Shown here: positions 1 through 8,777 of the stretch, in pieces
Layout of the letters: each line of letters starts with the position of its first letter
Numbering within the stretch: position 1 is the stretch's first letter
Source of the DNA: Pseudomonadota bacterium
GTDB lineage: Bacteria; Pseudomonadota; Gammaproteobacteria; Burkholderiales; Burkholderiaceae_F
Direction of reading: 5' to 3'
Length of the DNA: 64,000 bases
NCBI GenBank assembly: GCA_021842465.1
Contig: JAKBZN010000006.1
Span: 4,728-68,727 of the forward strand
The notes under the pieces: generated by a model
Databases searched by the model: none
Seen by the model: the letters and a program-made list of their open reading frames with translations, nothing else
What the model was told of the DNA's origin: nothing
Translations under genes and position numbers: made by a program

Positions 1-1518
1 CAGCACGGTCGTCCACGCCGGGCGTTCGAGCTGGATCTGGTAATCCCACTCGCCGTAGTGGTAAGGCTCGGAGACCGGTTCCTTGCCCTCCCGCTCATTG
101 AACGACTTGCCGTCGTCCTCGTACGGAAAGAGCTCGGTCCCCAGCACCCAGATTTCCTGCGCGTCGTCGCCAGCCGTCTCGACATCGATTTCGTTGGCCA
201 TTTCCATGACGTTGACGTACTTGCGCACCTGCTCGACGGTTTCGTAGCCCGCCCGGGCCGCCTTGTCGAAATCGAACTCCTCGAACTCCCAGAAATACCG
301 ATTGTCGTCCCGGTACGGAGCGCGGAGCAGGTCGGTACGCGGATGGAACGGCACGCGCTTTTCCGTGAAGCGGTGGGCCAGCTGCACGCCGATATCCCAG
401 GAGATCCGATTGTCGCCGAGCCGGTCGGCATGCTGCCGAAACAGCGCCCGGCCCTCGGCGACCCATGGATCGTCATCGACATAGCCGTCATCGAGCAGTG
501 CGCGCGCCAGCCGATCGAAATAGTCGGCGGCGGTTGTGTGCATTTCCGGCGTTGCCGTATGCAGGCGCGACCAGAGCTGCTGCAATCCCGGAAAGCGCCG
601 GATCGCCAAGGCCTCGACGCGCGCATCCTCGATGATGGCGATGACGGCCATTTGCAGCGGGTTGAGCGCCTCCGCCGAAATCCGCTGCTTCGTCTCGACG
701 ACATGGGCCGCGCAGTGCGCTGCGGCCGCGCGATAGAGTTCCAGGCCGGAGACCGCCTCGCCCTCGGCGGGGGCGAAGTCGTCGAACGCGTCCGGGAGGT
801 GCAGCAGGTAGTCCTCGATGTACGGCCGCAACCCCTCGCGGTTCTCGAAATCGCCCGACGTCGGCCGCATGAAGAAATCGCGGCCCCATAGCGCACGCAG
901 ATACATGTTGATGCGGCGCTGGACGTCGACCAGCAGGGTGCCCTTGCGTTCCTTCTGGAGGATCGCCTGCGACTCCTTGGTCTCGAGCGAGAAATAGCGG
1001 ATCTGCTCTTCGTAGTCGGTGCGATGCGCGTGGGCGCCCCAGAGCGCCCAACGGCGCAGGCCGCCGAGCGTAAGGTTCTGGAACAGCATCTCGAGCTTGT
1101 CGAGCATCGGGCGCACGCCACGCGGCGCCTGGGCGATCAGCGTGTTGACGAACTGCAGGTAGCTGCGAAAGAGCTCCGCATCCCCCAAGCGATTCGCCGC
1201 GGTCGGCGCCGTGGCGAGCAGCAACTCGATCACCGCGCCCGAGGTCTTCGAGGCCAGCATCAGCGCCGCGGTCGCCAGGTCGGCGACCACGTCTTCGCCG
1301 ACCTCCTTCGCGACGCGCGGCGCGTCCTCGATCCAGGCTTCGACGAGCGCATCGCCCCGGCCCAATCCCCGCAGGGCCGACACGGCCTTGAGATAGTTGT
1401 CGAGGCCGCGGGGCGAAAGCACCCGGGTCGCCGCATGCCACCCGGCATCCAGCGATTCACGCAATTGCGGGCTCAGATCCTCGAGCAGTTCCGCATAGTC
1501 GTCGAGATGGATCGCCAC
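1..1518 (-). CDS. cbbO: RuBisCO activase adaptor CbbO (VWA protein), form I-associated; C-terminal part lies outside the window
   Basis: Not in the ORF track because no stop occurs in the window. Manual translation from GTG at 1518 (RBS GCAGGAGG) gives MAIHLDDYAELLEDL...LRRWALWGAHAHRTDYEEQIRYFSL...ERKGTLLVDVQRRINMYLRALWG, typical of CbbO. It lies directly downstream of cbbQ. Confidence 0.9.
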   Translation of the reverse strand, partial: MAIHLDDYAELLEDLSPQLRESLDAGWHAATRVLSPRGLDNYLKAVSALRGLGRGDALVEAWIEDAPRVAKEVGEDVVADLATAALMLASKTSGAVIELLLATAPTAANRLGDAELFRSYLQFVNTLIAQAPRGVRPMLDKLEMLFQNLTLGGLRRWALWGAHAHRTDYEEQIRYFSLETKESQAILQKERKGTLLVDVQRRINMYLRALWGRDFFMRPTSGDFENREGLRPYIEDYLLHLPDAFDDFAPAEGEAVSGLELYRAAAAHCAAHVVETKQRISAEALNPLQMAVIAIIEDARVEALAIRRFPGLQQLWSRLHTATPEMHTTAADYFDRLARALLDDGYVDDDPWVAEGRALFRQHADRLGDNRISWDIGVQLAHRFTEKRVPFHPRTDLLRAPYRDDNRYFWEFEEFDFDKAARAGYETVEQVRKYVNVMEMANEIDVETAGDDAQEIWVLGTELFPYEDDGKSFNEREGKEPVSEPYHYGEWDYQIQLERPAWTTVL

Positions 1519-1537
1519 AAGGCCTCCTGCCGCACCA

Positions 1538-2341
1538 TCAGAAGAAGGTGGTGACCGCGGCGTCGAGCGCGTCGCGCATGTCGGGATCGTCGGTAATCGG
1601 GCGCACCAAGGCGACGCGGCATGCGGCCTGGGGCGAAACGCCCTTGGCGATCAGGCTGCCGGCGTAGATCAGCATGCGGGTCGACAGGCCTTCGTCGAGG
1701 CCATGTCCCTTGAGATTGCGCGACCGCTCGGCGATCGAGACGAGCTTGCCCGCGATGCCGGCGTCGACCCCGGTTTCGTGCGCGACGATCTCGGTTTCGA
1801 CATCATGCTGCGGGTAGGTGAAATCCAGCGCGCCGAACCGCTGCTTCGTCGACTGCTTGAGGTCCTTCATCAGCGACTGGTAGCCCGGGTTGTAGGAAAT
1901 GACGATCTGGAAGTCGGGATGAGCCCGCACCAGTTCGCCTTTCTTCTCGAGAGGAAGCACGCGCCGGTTGTCGGTCAGCGGGTGGATCACCACCGTGGTG
2001 TCCTGCCGGGCCTCGACCACCTCGTCGAGGTAACAGATGGCGCCGTGGCGGGCCGCGATCGCGAGCGGGCCGTCCTGCCACTGCGTGCCTTCGGCGGAGA
2101 GCAGGAAGCGCCCGACCAGGTCGGAAGCGGTCATGTCCTCGTTGCAGGCGACCGTAATCAACGGCTTGCGCAGTTTCCATGCCATGTATTCGACGAAGCG
2201 CGTCTTGCCGCAGCCGGTCGGGCCTTTGAGCATCATGGGCATGCGCACCGAGTATGCCGCCTCGAACAGGTCGATCTCGTCGGCGACCGGGTGGTAATAG
2301 GGTTCCGTTGCGATTTGATACTGATCGATGATGTTGGACAT
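1538..2341 (-). CDS. cbbQ: CbbQ/NirQ/NorQ family AAA+ ATPase (RuBisCO activase)
   Basis: Walker A GPTGCGKT, Walker [19 protein letters not shown]. Located between cbbS and cbbO. Start set at MSNIID. Confidence 0.96.
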   Translation of the reverse strand: MSNIIDQYQIATEPYYHPVADEIDLFEAAYSVRMPMMLKGPTGCGKTRFVEYMAWKLRKPLITVACNEDMTASDLVGRFLLSAEGTQWQDGPLAIAARHGAICYLDEVVEARQDTTVVIHPLTDNRRVLPLEKKGELVRAHPDFQIVISYNPGYQSLMKDLKQSTKQRFGALDFTYPQHDVETEIVAHETGVDAGIAGKLVSIAERSRNLKGHGLDEGLSTRMLIYAGSLIAKGVSPQAACRVALVRPITDDPDMRDALDAAVTTFF

Positions 2342-2376
2342 GAGTGCTTCCGGAGGGGATGGGAACGGCGTCACGG

Positions 2377-2399
2377 GAGGGGCGGCAGGGCCGCCCCTC
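2377..2399 (-). terminator. GC-rich stem-loop between cbbS and cbbQ (attenuator or mRNA stabiliser)
   Basis: gaggggcggc-agg-gccgcccctc, a 10-bp perfect stem just downstream of the cbbS stop. No clear U-tract. Confidence 0.5.
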
Positions 2400-2416
2400 G
2401 GATCACGACGTTCGGA

Positions 2417-2773
2417 TCAGACCGTCTTGCCGCGGTAGATCACCATCGCAGCGCCCTGCGACTGCTTGAAGTTGTCGTAGCCGACAAGACGCACGTGGTT
2501 GTTGGGGTTGGCCTTCTTGCAGGCGTCCGCCTCCGCCAGAACCTTGTCGACGTCGGTTTCGCCGAACATCGGCAGCTTCCACATGTACCAGTACGAGTCC
2601 ATCAGGTGCTCCGGCTCGGTGTGCTCGATCGCCGGATTCCAACCCTTCTTGACGATGTACTCGACCTGCTTGCGGATCGTCGCCGGATCCATCGCCGGCA
2701 GATAGGAGAAGGTCTCGAACTTGCGGCTGGCCGGGTCGCTGAGACGCGACTTGTAATCCATGACTTCAGACAT
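2417..2773 (-). CDS. cbbS: RuBisCO small subunit (form IA)
   Basis: [28 protein letters not shown] motifs; 118 aa. Confidence 0.98.
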   Translation of the reverse strand: MSEVMDYKSRLSDPASRKFETFSYLPAMDPATIRKQVEYIVKKGWNPAIEHTEPEHLMDSYWYMWKLPMFGETDVDKVLAEADACKKANPNNHVRLVGYDNFKQSQGAAMVIYRGKTV

Positions 2774-2873
2774 TGTGCTTCCTTTCTATGCGGTTCGGTC
2801 CGGGGCGGGCGCCGCGCCACGGCGTGGCCGCGCGCCCGATCTCCCGGGAGATCGAATGGTTCGTTGCGACGGC

Positions 2874-4295
2874 TTACTTGTGCGCCACGTCGAGCTTGTC
2901 GACGGTGTCGAATTCGAACTTGATTTCCTTCCACGTTTCCATGGCGATCTTCAGCTCGGGGCTCGACTTGGCGGCTTCGGTCAGGATGGCCTTGCCTTCC
3001 TTCTCGACCGCGACGCCGCGGTTGCGCGCTTCGACGCAGGCCTCGAGGGCCACGCGGTTGGCTGCTGCGCCGGCGGCGTTGCCCCAGGGGTGGCCCAGCG
3101 TGCCGCCGCCGAACTGCAGCACCGAATCGTCACCGAAAATCGAGACCAGCGCGGGCATGTGCCAGACATGGATCCCGCCGGACGCCACCGGCAGCACGCC
3201 GGGCATCGAGCCCCAGTCCTGGTCGAAGAAGATGCCGCGCGAACGGTCTTCCTTGACGTAGTCGTCGCGCATGATGTCGATCCAGCCGAGGGTCGCCTCG
3301 CGGTCGCCTTCCAGCTTGCCGACCACGGTGCCCGAATGCAGGTGGTCTCCGCCCGACAGGCGCAGGGCCTTCGCCAGGACGCGGAAGTGGATGCCGTGGT
3401 GGGGATTGCGGTCCAGCACCGCGTGCATGGCGCGGTGGATGTGGAGCAGCACGCCGTTGTCACGGCACCAGTTGGCCAGGCCCGTGTTGGCGCAGAAGCC
3501 GCCGGTCAGGAAGTCATGCATGATGATCGGCGCGCCGATTTCGCGCGCGTACTCGGCCCGCTTGTACATTTCCTCGGGGGTCGGCGCCGTCACGTTCAGG
3601 TAGTGGCCCTTGCGCTCGCCGGTTTCCCGTTCGGACTTTTCGATCGCTTCCATGACGAAGTCAAAACGCTGCTTCCAGCGCATGAACGGCTGGCTGTTGA
3701 CGTTCTCGTCGTCCTTGGTGAAATCGAGACCGCCGCGCAGGCACTCGTACACCGCGCGGCCGTAGTTCTTCGCCGACAGGCCCAACTTCGGCTTGATCGT
3801 GCAGCCCAGCAGCGGGCGGCCGTACTTGTTCATCACGTCACGCTCGACCTGGATGCCGTGGGGGGGGCCGCCGCAGGTCTTCACATACGCGATCGGGAAG
3901 CGGACGTCCTCCAGGCGCAGCGCACGGATCGCCTTGAAACCGAACACGTTGCCGACCAGGGAGGTGAAGACGTTGACCACCGAGCCCTCTTCGAACAGGT
4001 CGATCGGGTAGGCCACGAAGGCGTAGAAGCAGGTGTCGTCGCCCGGCACGTCCTCGATGGCGTAGGCACGCCCCTTGTAGTAGTCGAGGTCCGTCAGCAG
4101 ATCGGTCCAGACGGTCGTCCACGTACCGGTCGACGACTCGGCGGCGACGGCCGCAGCGGCCTCCTCGCGATCGACACCCGGTTGCGGAGTGATCTTGAAG
4201 CAGGCCAGAATGTCCGTATCCTTGACCTGATAGTGCGGCTCCCAGTAGGTGCCGCGGTATTCCTTGACGCCAGCCTTGTATGTCTTGACGCTCAT
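2874..4295 (-). CDS. cbbL: RuBisCO large subunit, form IA (IAq-like: linked to cbbQO, no carboxysome genes nearby)
   Basis: Catalytic motif [36 protein letters not shown]; C-terminus ...DKLDVAHK. Confidence 0.99.
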   Translation of the reverse strand: MSVKTYKAGVKEYRGTYWEPHYQVKDTDILACFKITPQPGVDREEAAAAVAAESSTGTWTTVWTDLLTDLDYYKGRAYAIEDVPGDDTCFYAFVAYPIDLFEEGSVVNVFTSLVGNVFGFKAIRALRLEDVRFPIAYVKTCGGPPHGIQVERDVMNKYGRPLLGCTIKPKLGLSAKNYGRAVYECLRGGLDFTKDDENVNSQPFMRWKQRFDFVMEAIEKSERETGERKGHYLNVTAPTPEEMYKRAEYAREIGAPIIMHDFLTGGFCANTGLANWCRDNGVLLHIHRAMHAVLDRNPHHGIHFRVLAKALRLSGGDHLHSGTVVGKLEGDREATLGWIDIMRDDYVKEDRSRGIFFDQDWGSMPGVLPVASGGIHVWHMPALVSIFGDDSVLQFGGGTLGHPWGNAAGAAANRVALEACVEARNRGVAVEKEGKAILTEAAKSSPELKIAMETWKEIKFEFDTVDKLDVAHK

Positions 4296-4361
4296 CTCAT
4301 TGCCTCCGTGGAAAAATGGGTCGACTGCTGCAAGAACCCGGCAATTTTTCTTGGTTGGAAG

Positions 4362-4410
4362 ACATAAGTAAAATTATATATAGTTTCCATACACATAACC
4401 AGGATTTATG
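4362..4410. promoter_or_regulatory. Putative LysR (CbbR) binding region upstream of cbbL
   Basis: AT-rich tract containing cataa-ccaggat-ttatg (4394-4410), i.e. TAA-N7-TTA, which matches the TNA-N7-TNA CbbR/LysR box. Confidence 0.6.
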
Positions 4411-4424
4411 AATTGGAGCCTCCC

Positions 4425-4982
4425 ATGACCTCATCCCGTTTTGCACTTTCCGCGATCGCCCTCGCAATCAGCTGCGCCGCGGTGCCGGCCGGCGCCTTCG
4501 AACTCGCCAGCCCGTCGATCCGCGCCGGAGGAACGATTCCTGCGGCCCAGGTGTTCAAAGGATTCGGATGTACCGGCGGGAATCATTCGCCCGCGCTCTC
4601 CTGGCGCGGCGCGCCGGCCGGTACCCGCAGCTACGCGCTCACGGTCTATGACCCCGATGCGCCGACGGGTTCGGGCTGGTGGCACTGGGTCGTCGTGAAC
4701 ATTCCGGCAACCATCCATGCGCTGCCCGCGGGAGCGGGCAATCCGCCGCGGCACGCGCTGCCGGCGGGGGCGCGCGAGATCCGCAACGACTACGGCTCCC
4801 GGGCATATGGCGGGCCCTGCCCGCCGGTCGGGGATCGGCCCCATCACTACATCTTCACGGTGTATGCGCTCAAGGTGTCCAAGCTAAATCTGCCGGCGGA
4901 TGCAAGCCCGGCACTCACCGGGTACATGATCCACGCCAACGCGATCGGCTCCGCATCGTTCACGGGGCGCTACGGGCGGTAA
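4425..4982 (+). CDS. YbhB/YbcL family (PEBP/Raf kinase inhibitor-like) periplasmic protein
   Basis: Signal peptide, GCTGGNHSPALSW, YDPDAPTGSGWWHW, GPCPP...HHYIFTVYAL. Confidence 0.93.
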   Translation: MTSSRFALSAIALAISCAAVPAGAFELASPSIRAGGTIPAAQVFKGFGCTGGNHSPALSWRGAPAGTRSYALTVYDPDAPTGSGWWHWVVVNIPATIHALPAGAGNPPRHALPAGAREIRNDYGSRAYGGPCPPVGDRPHHYIFTVYALKVSKLNLPADASPALTGYMIHANAIGSASFTGRYGR

Positions 4983-5084
4983 CGCCGGTCGGCGCGGGCC
5001 GCCGGCCGGTACCGAAATTTCTCCCGCCCGGAATGGGCGGGGCTGCCGGCCCGGCAGGCTACGGAGCCGCCTCCCTCCGCCAGT

Positions 5085-5693
5085 TCACATCATGAGTCCT
5101 TCCTCGCGCAGCGCTTCCTGCACCGCAGGCCGCTGCCGAACGCGGTCCTGGTAGGCAAGCAGCGCCGGCCACGGCTGCAGATCCAGTCCGACGTGGGGCG
5201 CCCAGGAAAGCACGACGAACAGGTAGGCGTCGGCCACCGTGAATCGATCCCCCATCAGATACGCGCCGTCGCCCAGCCTGCCGGCGACCCAAGCCAGGCG
5301 CCGACCGATCCGTTCTCCCTGGCGCGCCTTCAAGCCGGGCTCGGCGGCGGGATCGAACAACGGCCCGAACTGCTTGTGCAGTTCGGTCGAGAGGAAGCTC
5401 AGCCACTCCTGCAGGCGGTAGCGATCGATCGTGCCGTTGACGGGCGCCAACCCGGCCTCCGGCACGCGGTCGGCCAGGTACTGCACGATCGCCGATCCCT
5501 CGGTCAGCACCTGGCCGTCCGGCAATTCCAGTGCGGGAACATAGCCTTTTTCGTTGATGGCACGAAAATCCGCGCCGTCCTGCGTGGTTCCGGTGCGCAG
5601 GTCGACCCGAACGAGTTGCACCGGCAGGCCGGCCTCGCGGAGGACGATATGCGGAGAAAGGGAGCAGGCGCCGGGGGCGTAATACAGTTTCAT
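5085..5693 (-). CDS. gstA: Glutathione S-transferase (beta class, GstA-like)
   Basis: MKLYYAPGACSLSPHIVLREAG, INEKGYVPAL, LSTELHK, FTVADAYL. Confidence 0.92.
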   Translation of the reverse strand: MKLYYAPGACSLSPHIVLREAGLPVQLVRVDLRTGTTQDGADFRAINEKGYVPALELPDGQVLTEGSAIVQYLADRVPEAGLAPVNGTIDRYRLQEWLSFLSTELHKQFGPLFDPAAEPGLKARQGERIGRRLAWVAGRLGDGAYLMGDRFTVADAYLFVVLSWAPHVGLDLQPWPALLAYQDRVRQRPAVQEALREEGLMM

Positions 5694-5885
5694 CGTAGCG
5701 ACTCCAGTCCGAAAATCCGCCACGGAGGGCGGCTCGATCCGCCTCCGATCCGAGGGTCGGGGGCGCAAAGACCCCGCCCGGGCCGGGCGCCAACCCAGGC
5801 CCGGGGTTTCTTGGGCAGGCCGGGAACGGCTGCAGCGGAAATGTACCGGGATTCCGTCCGCACCGTCACCGGGCACCGCGGCGCA

Positions 5886-6203
5886 TCACTCGCCGTCGTC
5901 GGTGCTGGCCGTTTCGCGAACGTTCTCCAGGACCGCACCGGTCTTGGCATCGACGGCGATTTCGTGGGTGATGTGGTGGCTCTCGACATCGAACGAATAG
6001 CGCAGGCCGCTGCCGCCGGGCTTCTTCTCGAGCGCCTGCTCGACGATCACGCCCGGAAATGCCTTCTGCGCAATCGCCTGCGCCTGGGCCACCGAAACCT
6101 TCGCCTCGGGCAGGTACTCGAGTCCATCGAACGCCATCGGCCGCGCATGCGCCGCCCCGGCCACGGTTAATGCAAAAAATGCCAGCGAAAACGATTTCGT
6201 CAC
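5886..6203 (-). CDS. Secreted PepSY-domain protein
   Basis: GTG start after AAGGAG, signal peptide (AAHA), A..IA.K..PG...E...GLRYSFDV....HEIAVDAKTGAVL. Confidence 0.82.
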   Translation of the reverse strand: MTKSFSLAFFALTVAGAAHARPMAFDGLEYLPEAKVSVAQAQAIAQKAFPGVIVEQALEKKPGGSGLRYSFDVESHHITHEIAVDAKTGAVLENVRETASTDDGE

Positions 6204-6238
6204 AACGCGCTCCTTTTGCTTGGAATCAACCACCGATT

Positions 6239-6787
6239 TCAGAAACGCATCCGCGCCAGGACGTCGTCGCGACGGATACGCTGATGCCAGAAGACGGCCC
6301 CCCAATGAATTGCAATCAAGCCGATCACTGCGTCTCCGATGTACTCATGGGCGGTCCTGATCGGCAAGGCATACGGCAGCCACGAATCGTCATCGAAATA
6401 GTTGGGCAATAGCATTCCCAGGAAGCGCACATCGTGCTCCCGCGTCTGAATGGTCAGGATGCCCAGCACCGGCATCGCCACCATCACGACATAGAACAGC
6501 CCGTGCGCGATCGCCGCAAGCCGCTCCTGCCATGCCGGCCCCCCGGTCGCATCGGGCCCGTGGCCGGCCCGGACGCGCAGGGCGATGCGCGGGATCGCCA
6601 GCAGCAGGACGCCGATCCCGAGCTGGGTATGAACGAGCATCACGAGCGCGCGCAAATGTCCCTTGGGAAACCAGTCCTTGATCTCCACCGCGATCAGCAA
6701 GGTCACGAACAATGCGGCCATACCCCAGTGCAACCACTTTCTGGGAACGGAATAGCCGGCACGCGGAATGGGGGCGGTGATCGTCAT
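6239..6787 (-). CDS. Cytochrome b561 (CybB/YceJ family)
   Basis: WLHWGMA, H.QLG, AHGLFY, HEYIG..HW.A.FWHQ.I.RD.VL.RM heme-ligand pattern with 4 TM segments. Confidence 0.9.
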   Translation of the reverse strand: MTITAPIPRAGYSVPRKWLHWGMAALFVTLLIAVEIKDWFPKGHLRALVMLVHTQLGIGVLLLAIPRIALRVRAGHGPDATGGPAWQERLAAIAHGLFYVVMVAMPVLGILTIQTREHDVRFLGMLLPNYFDDDSWLPYALPIRTAHEYIGDAVIGLIAIHWGAVFWHQRIRRDDVLARMRF

Positions 6788-7548
6788 TCGTCGAGATTGG
6801 ATTGCGACGCGGTAAAGATCACGTCCACGGTGAAGTCGAGCATCTTGCCGGCGAAATCCTTGGGTGTCGGGGGATAGTGCGCCCGCAGGACCGCCTGGAC
6901 CGCTGCCTCGTCCAGAAAGCTGTTGCCCGTCGATTGCACGACATGCGCCGCCGAGACCTTGCCGTCGCGAAACAGGAATTCAACGTGCGCCGTCCCGGCC
7001 GCCGTCTCGATCGCCGCCGCCGCCGGGTACTGTGCTGCGCCCTGCACCGCCGTGCGCACCGCACCGATGAAACTGGGCGGCAGATCGCTCATCCGAATCA
7101 CCGTCGGCACGACCGGCGCCGGCCTGGGCGCGACCCGCGCCACGGGCGCCGGATGCGGCGGCGAAACCACCGGCTTGAGCGGCGCGGGGTGCGGAACGAC
7201 CTGCGACTTGGGGGGCGGTGGCGGCTGGCGATGGACGACGTGCGCCACCTCCGACCGATGCTGGGGGACATGGACCTGGCGGACGCGGGGAACCGGCACG
7301 GGCTTCGGTGGAGGCGGCGGCGTCTTGACCTGGGGCTGCGGCGGCGCGGGCACCGGCTGCGGCGCGACCAACTGGATCGCGATCGGTGGCGGGGGCGGAG
7401 GCGGCTGGTTCTGGTGCAACGCAACCCACGCCAGCGCCAAGAGCAGGCCACCCTCGATCAATGCCGCCGATAGGACCGAAACTCCCCAGCGGCTACGCTC
7501 GCCCGGATCCGATTCCGTAGCCGGATGCAACGCCAAAGCCGCGCTCAT
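6784..7548 (-). CDS. tonB: Energy transducer TonB
   Basis: N-terminal TM, Pro-rich linker, C-terminal YP..A...G...V.F ... STGNSFLDEAAV domain. Confidence 0.88.
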   Translation of the reverse strand: MSAALALHPATESDPGERSRWGVSVLSAALIEGGLLLALAWVALHQNQPPPPPPPIAIQLVAPQPVPAPPQPQVKTPPPPPKPVPVPRVRQVHVPQHRSEVAHVVHRQPPPPPKSQVVPHPAPLKPVVSPPHPAPVARVAPRPAPVVPTVIRMSDLPPSFIGAVRTAVQGAAQYPAAAAIETAAGTAHVEFLFRDGKVSAAHVVQSTGNSFLDEAAVQAVLRAHYPPTPKDFAGKMLDFTVDVIFTASQSNLDE

Positions 7549-7967
7549 GATCCCTCCGCTCCGGCGGCCTGGTGCCGCGCCGCCAGGCCAATCTTGGTCA
7601 CCCCCGCAGCACGGCAGGCGTCCATCACGCGAATCAGGATCTGCAGGGACACGTCACGATCACCGGAGATCGTGACCTGGGCTTGCGCATGATCGGGTAG
7701 CGCCGACAGCATGCTGGTCAGCGTCACCGGCGTGAAGGTCTGCGAACCCTCGTGGATGACGCCGTCCTTGTCGATCGCCAGCGTCAGGTCCGGCTTGTGC
7801 AGCGGCTGCGCCGTGGTGCTTCCCGGCAGGCGGGATGGAATTCCCGACGACGGAATCATGTGCAGCGTGATCATCACGAAGAAGACCAGCAGGAAAAACA
7901 TGATGTCGATCATCGGAATGATCTCGATCCGCGCTTTTTTTGGTTGGTAGCGTGCTCTCATGCTCAT
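7545..7967 (-). CDS. exbD: Biopolymer transporter ExbD
   Basis: IEIIPMIDIMFFLLVFFVM; D..V....I.VMD..R.AG..KI. Confidence 0.93.
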   Translation of the reverse strand: MSMRARYQPKKARIEIIPMIDIMFFLLVFFVMITLHMIPSSGIPSRLPGSTTAQPLHKPDLTLAIDKDGVIHEGSQTFTPVTLTSMLSALPDHAQAQVTISGDRDVSLQILIRVMDACRAAGVTKIGLAARHQAAGAEGS

Positions 7968-7982
7968 GGTGCGTCACCGGCG

Positions 7983-8636
7983 TTATTTGGCACCCGCACG
8001 GGCCCCGGAATCCTGGCGATAGTGGGGATACATGCGATTGGTGAGGATGAGCTTGACCAGCTCGAGCTTGTGCATGATCCGCTGCACGCGCTGGCTCAGG
8101 GCATTGAACGCCACCAGGCCCAGGATGGCGATGAACAGTCCGGCTGCCGTGGATACCAGCGCCTCGCCGACGCCACCGGTAACCGCCTGAGTGGAGTTGT
8201 CGGGATGCGAAAGCGCCTGGAAGGTGTTGAACATGCCGATGATGGTGCCCAGCAGGCCGAGCAGCGGCGCCAGCGTGACGATGGTGTCGAGAACCCACAG
8301 GCGATTTTCCGCCTCCGGCAACTGCTCCATCACCGCCTCGTCCAGGCAGGAGGAAAAGTGCTCCAGCGTGTCCTGGATGTCATGTTCGAGCGCCACGGCG
8401 CTCACTCGGGCGAAAAGACTGAGCTTGTTCTTCTCGACCATGCCGCGGAGGTGGTCGTCATCGAGCGACGATCGCTGCTTGAGTTCCCGAATCCAGTTTG
8501 CGCCTTCGGAGATCATGCGCGAGAGGCTCCAGAACTTCTCGATGATGACGACGAGGGCGATGAAGAGCAGGACCACCATCAGATAAAGGATTCCGCCGGA
8601 CGTTTCTGCGACATGTTGCAAGGTTGCTAGGTTCAT
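7983..8636 (-). CDS. exbB: MotA/TolQ/ExbB proton channel
   Basis: LDTIVTLAPLLGLLGTIIGMFNTF, GVGEALVSTAAGL. Confidence 0.93.
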   Translation of the reverse strand: MNLATLQHVAETSGGILYLMVVLLFIALVVIIEKFWSLSRMISEGANWIRELKQRSSLDDDHLRGMVEKNKLSLFARVSAVALEHDIQDTLEHFSSCLDEAVMEQLPEAENRLWVLDTIVTLAPLLGLLGTIIGMFNTFQALSHPDNSTQAVTGGVGEALVSTAAGLFIAILGLVAFNALSQRVQRIMHKLELVKLILTNRMYPHYRQDSGARAGAK

Positions 8637-8702
8637 GGTCGTTCCATTCATCAAAAAAAACCGATCGGGACGAGACGGATGATCCCGGTCCCCATAAAGC
8701 AA

Positions 8703-8736
8703 TTCCCCTCTCCTGCATGGAGAGGGGTTTGGGGAA
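8703..8736. repeat. Short palindromic REP-like element (CCCTCTCC...GGAGAGGG family) between receptor and exbB
   Basis: cccctctcc-tgcat-ggagagggg-tttgggga; related core at 56587-56611. Confidence 0.55.
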
Positions 8737-8777
8737 GCGCGGACGGTCGATGCCGCCCGGGTTCCACATCTCTTAGA

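Noticed and set aside
7090-7410. Pro-rich and antisense Gly-rich low-complexity repeats
   Set aside because: This is the normal TonB periplasmic linker.
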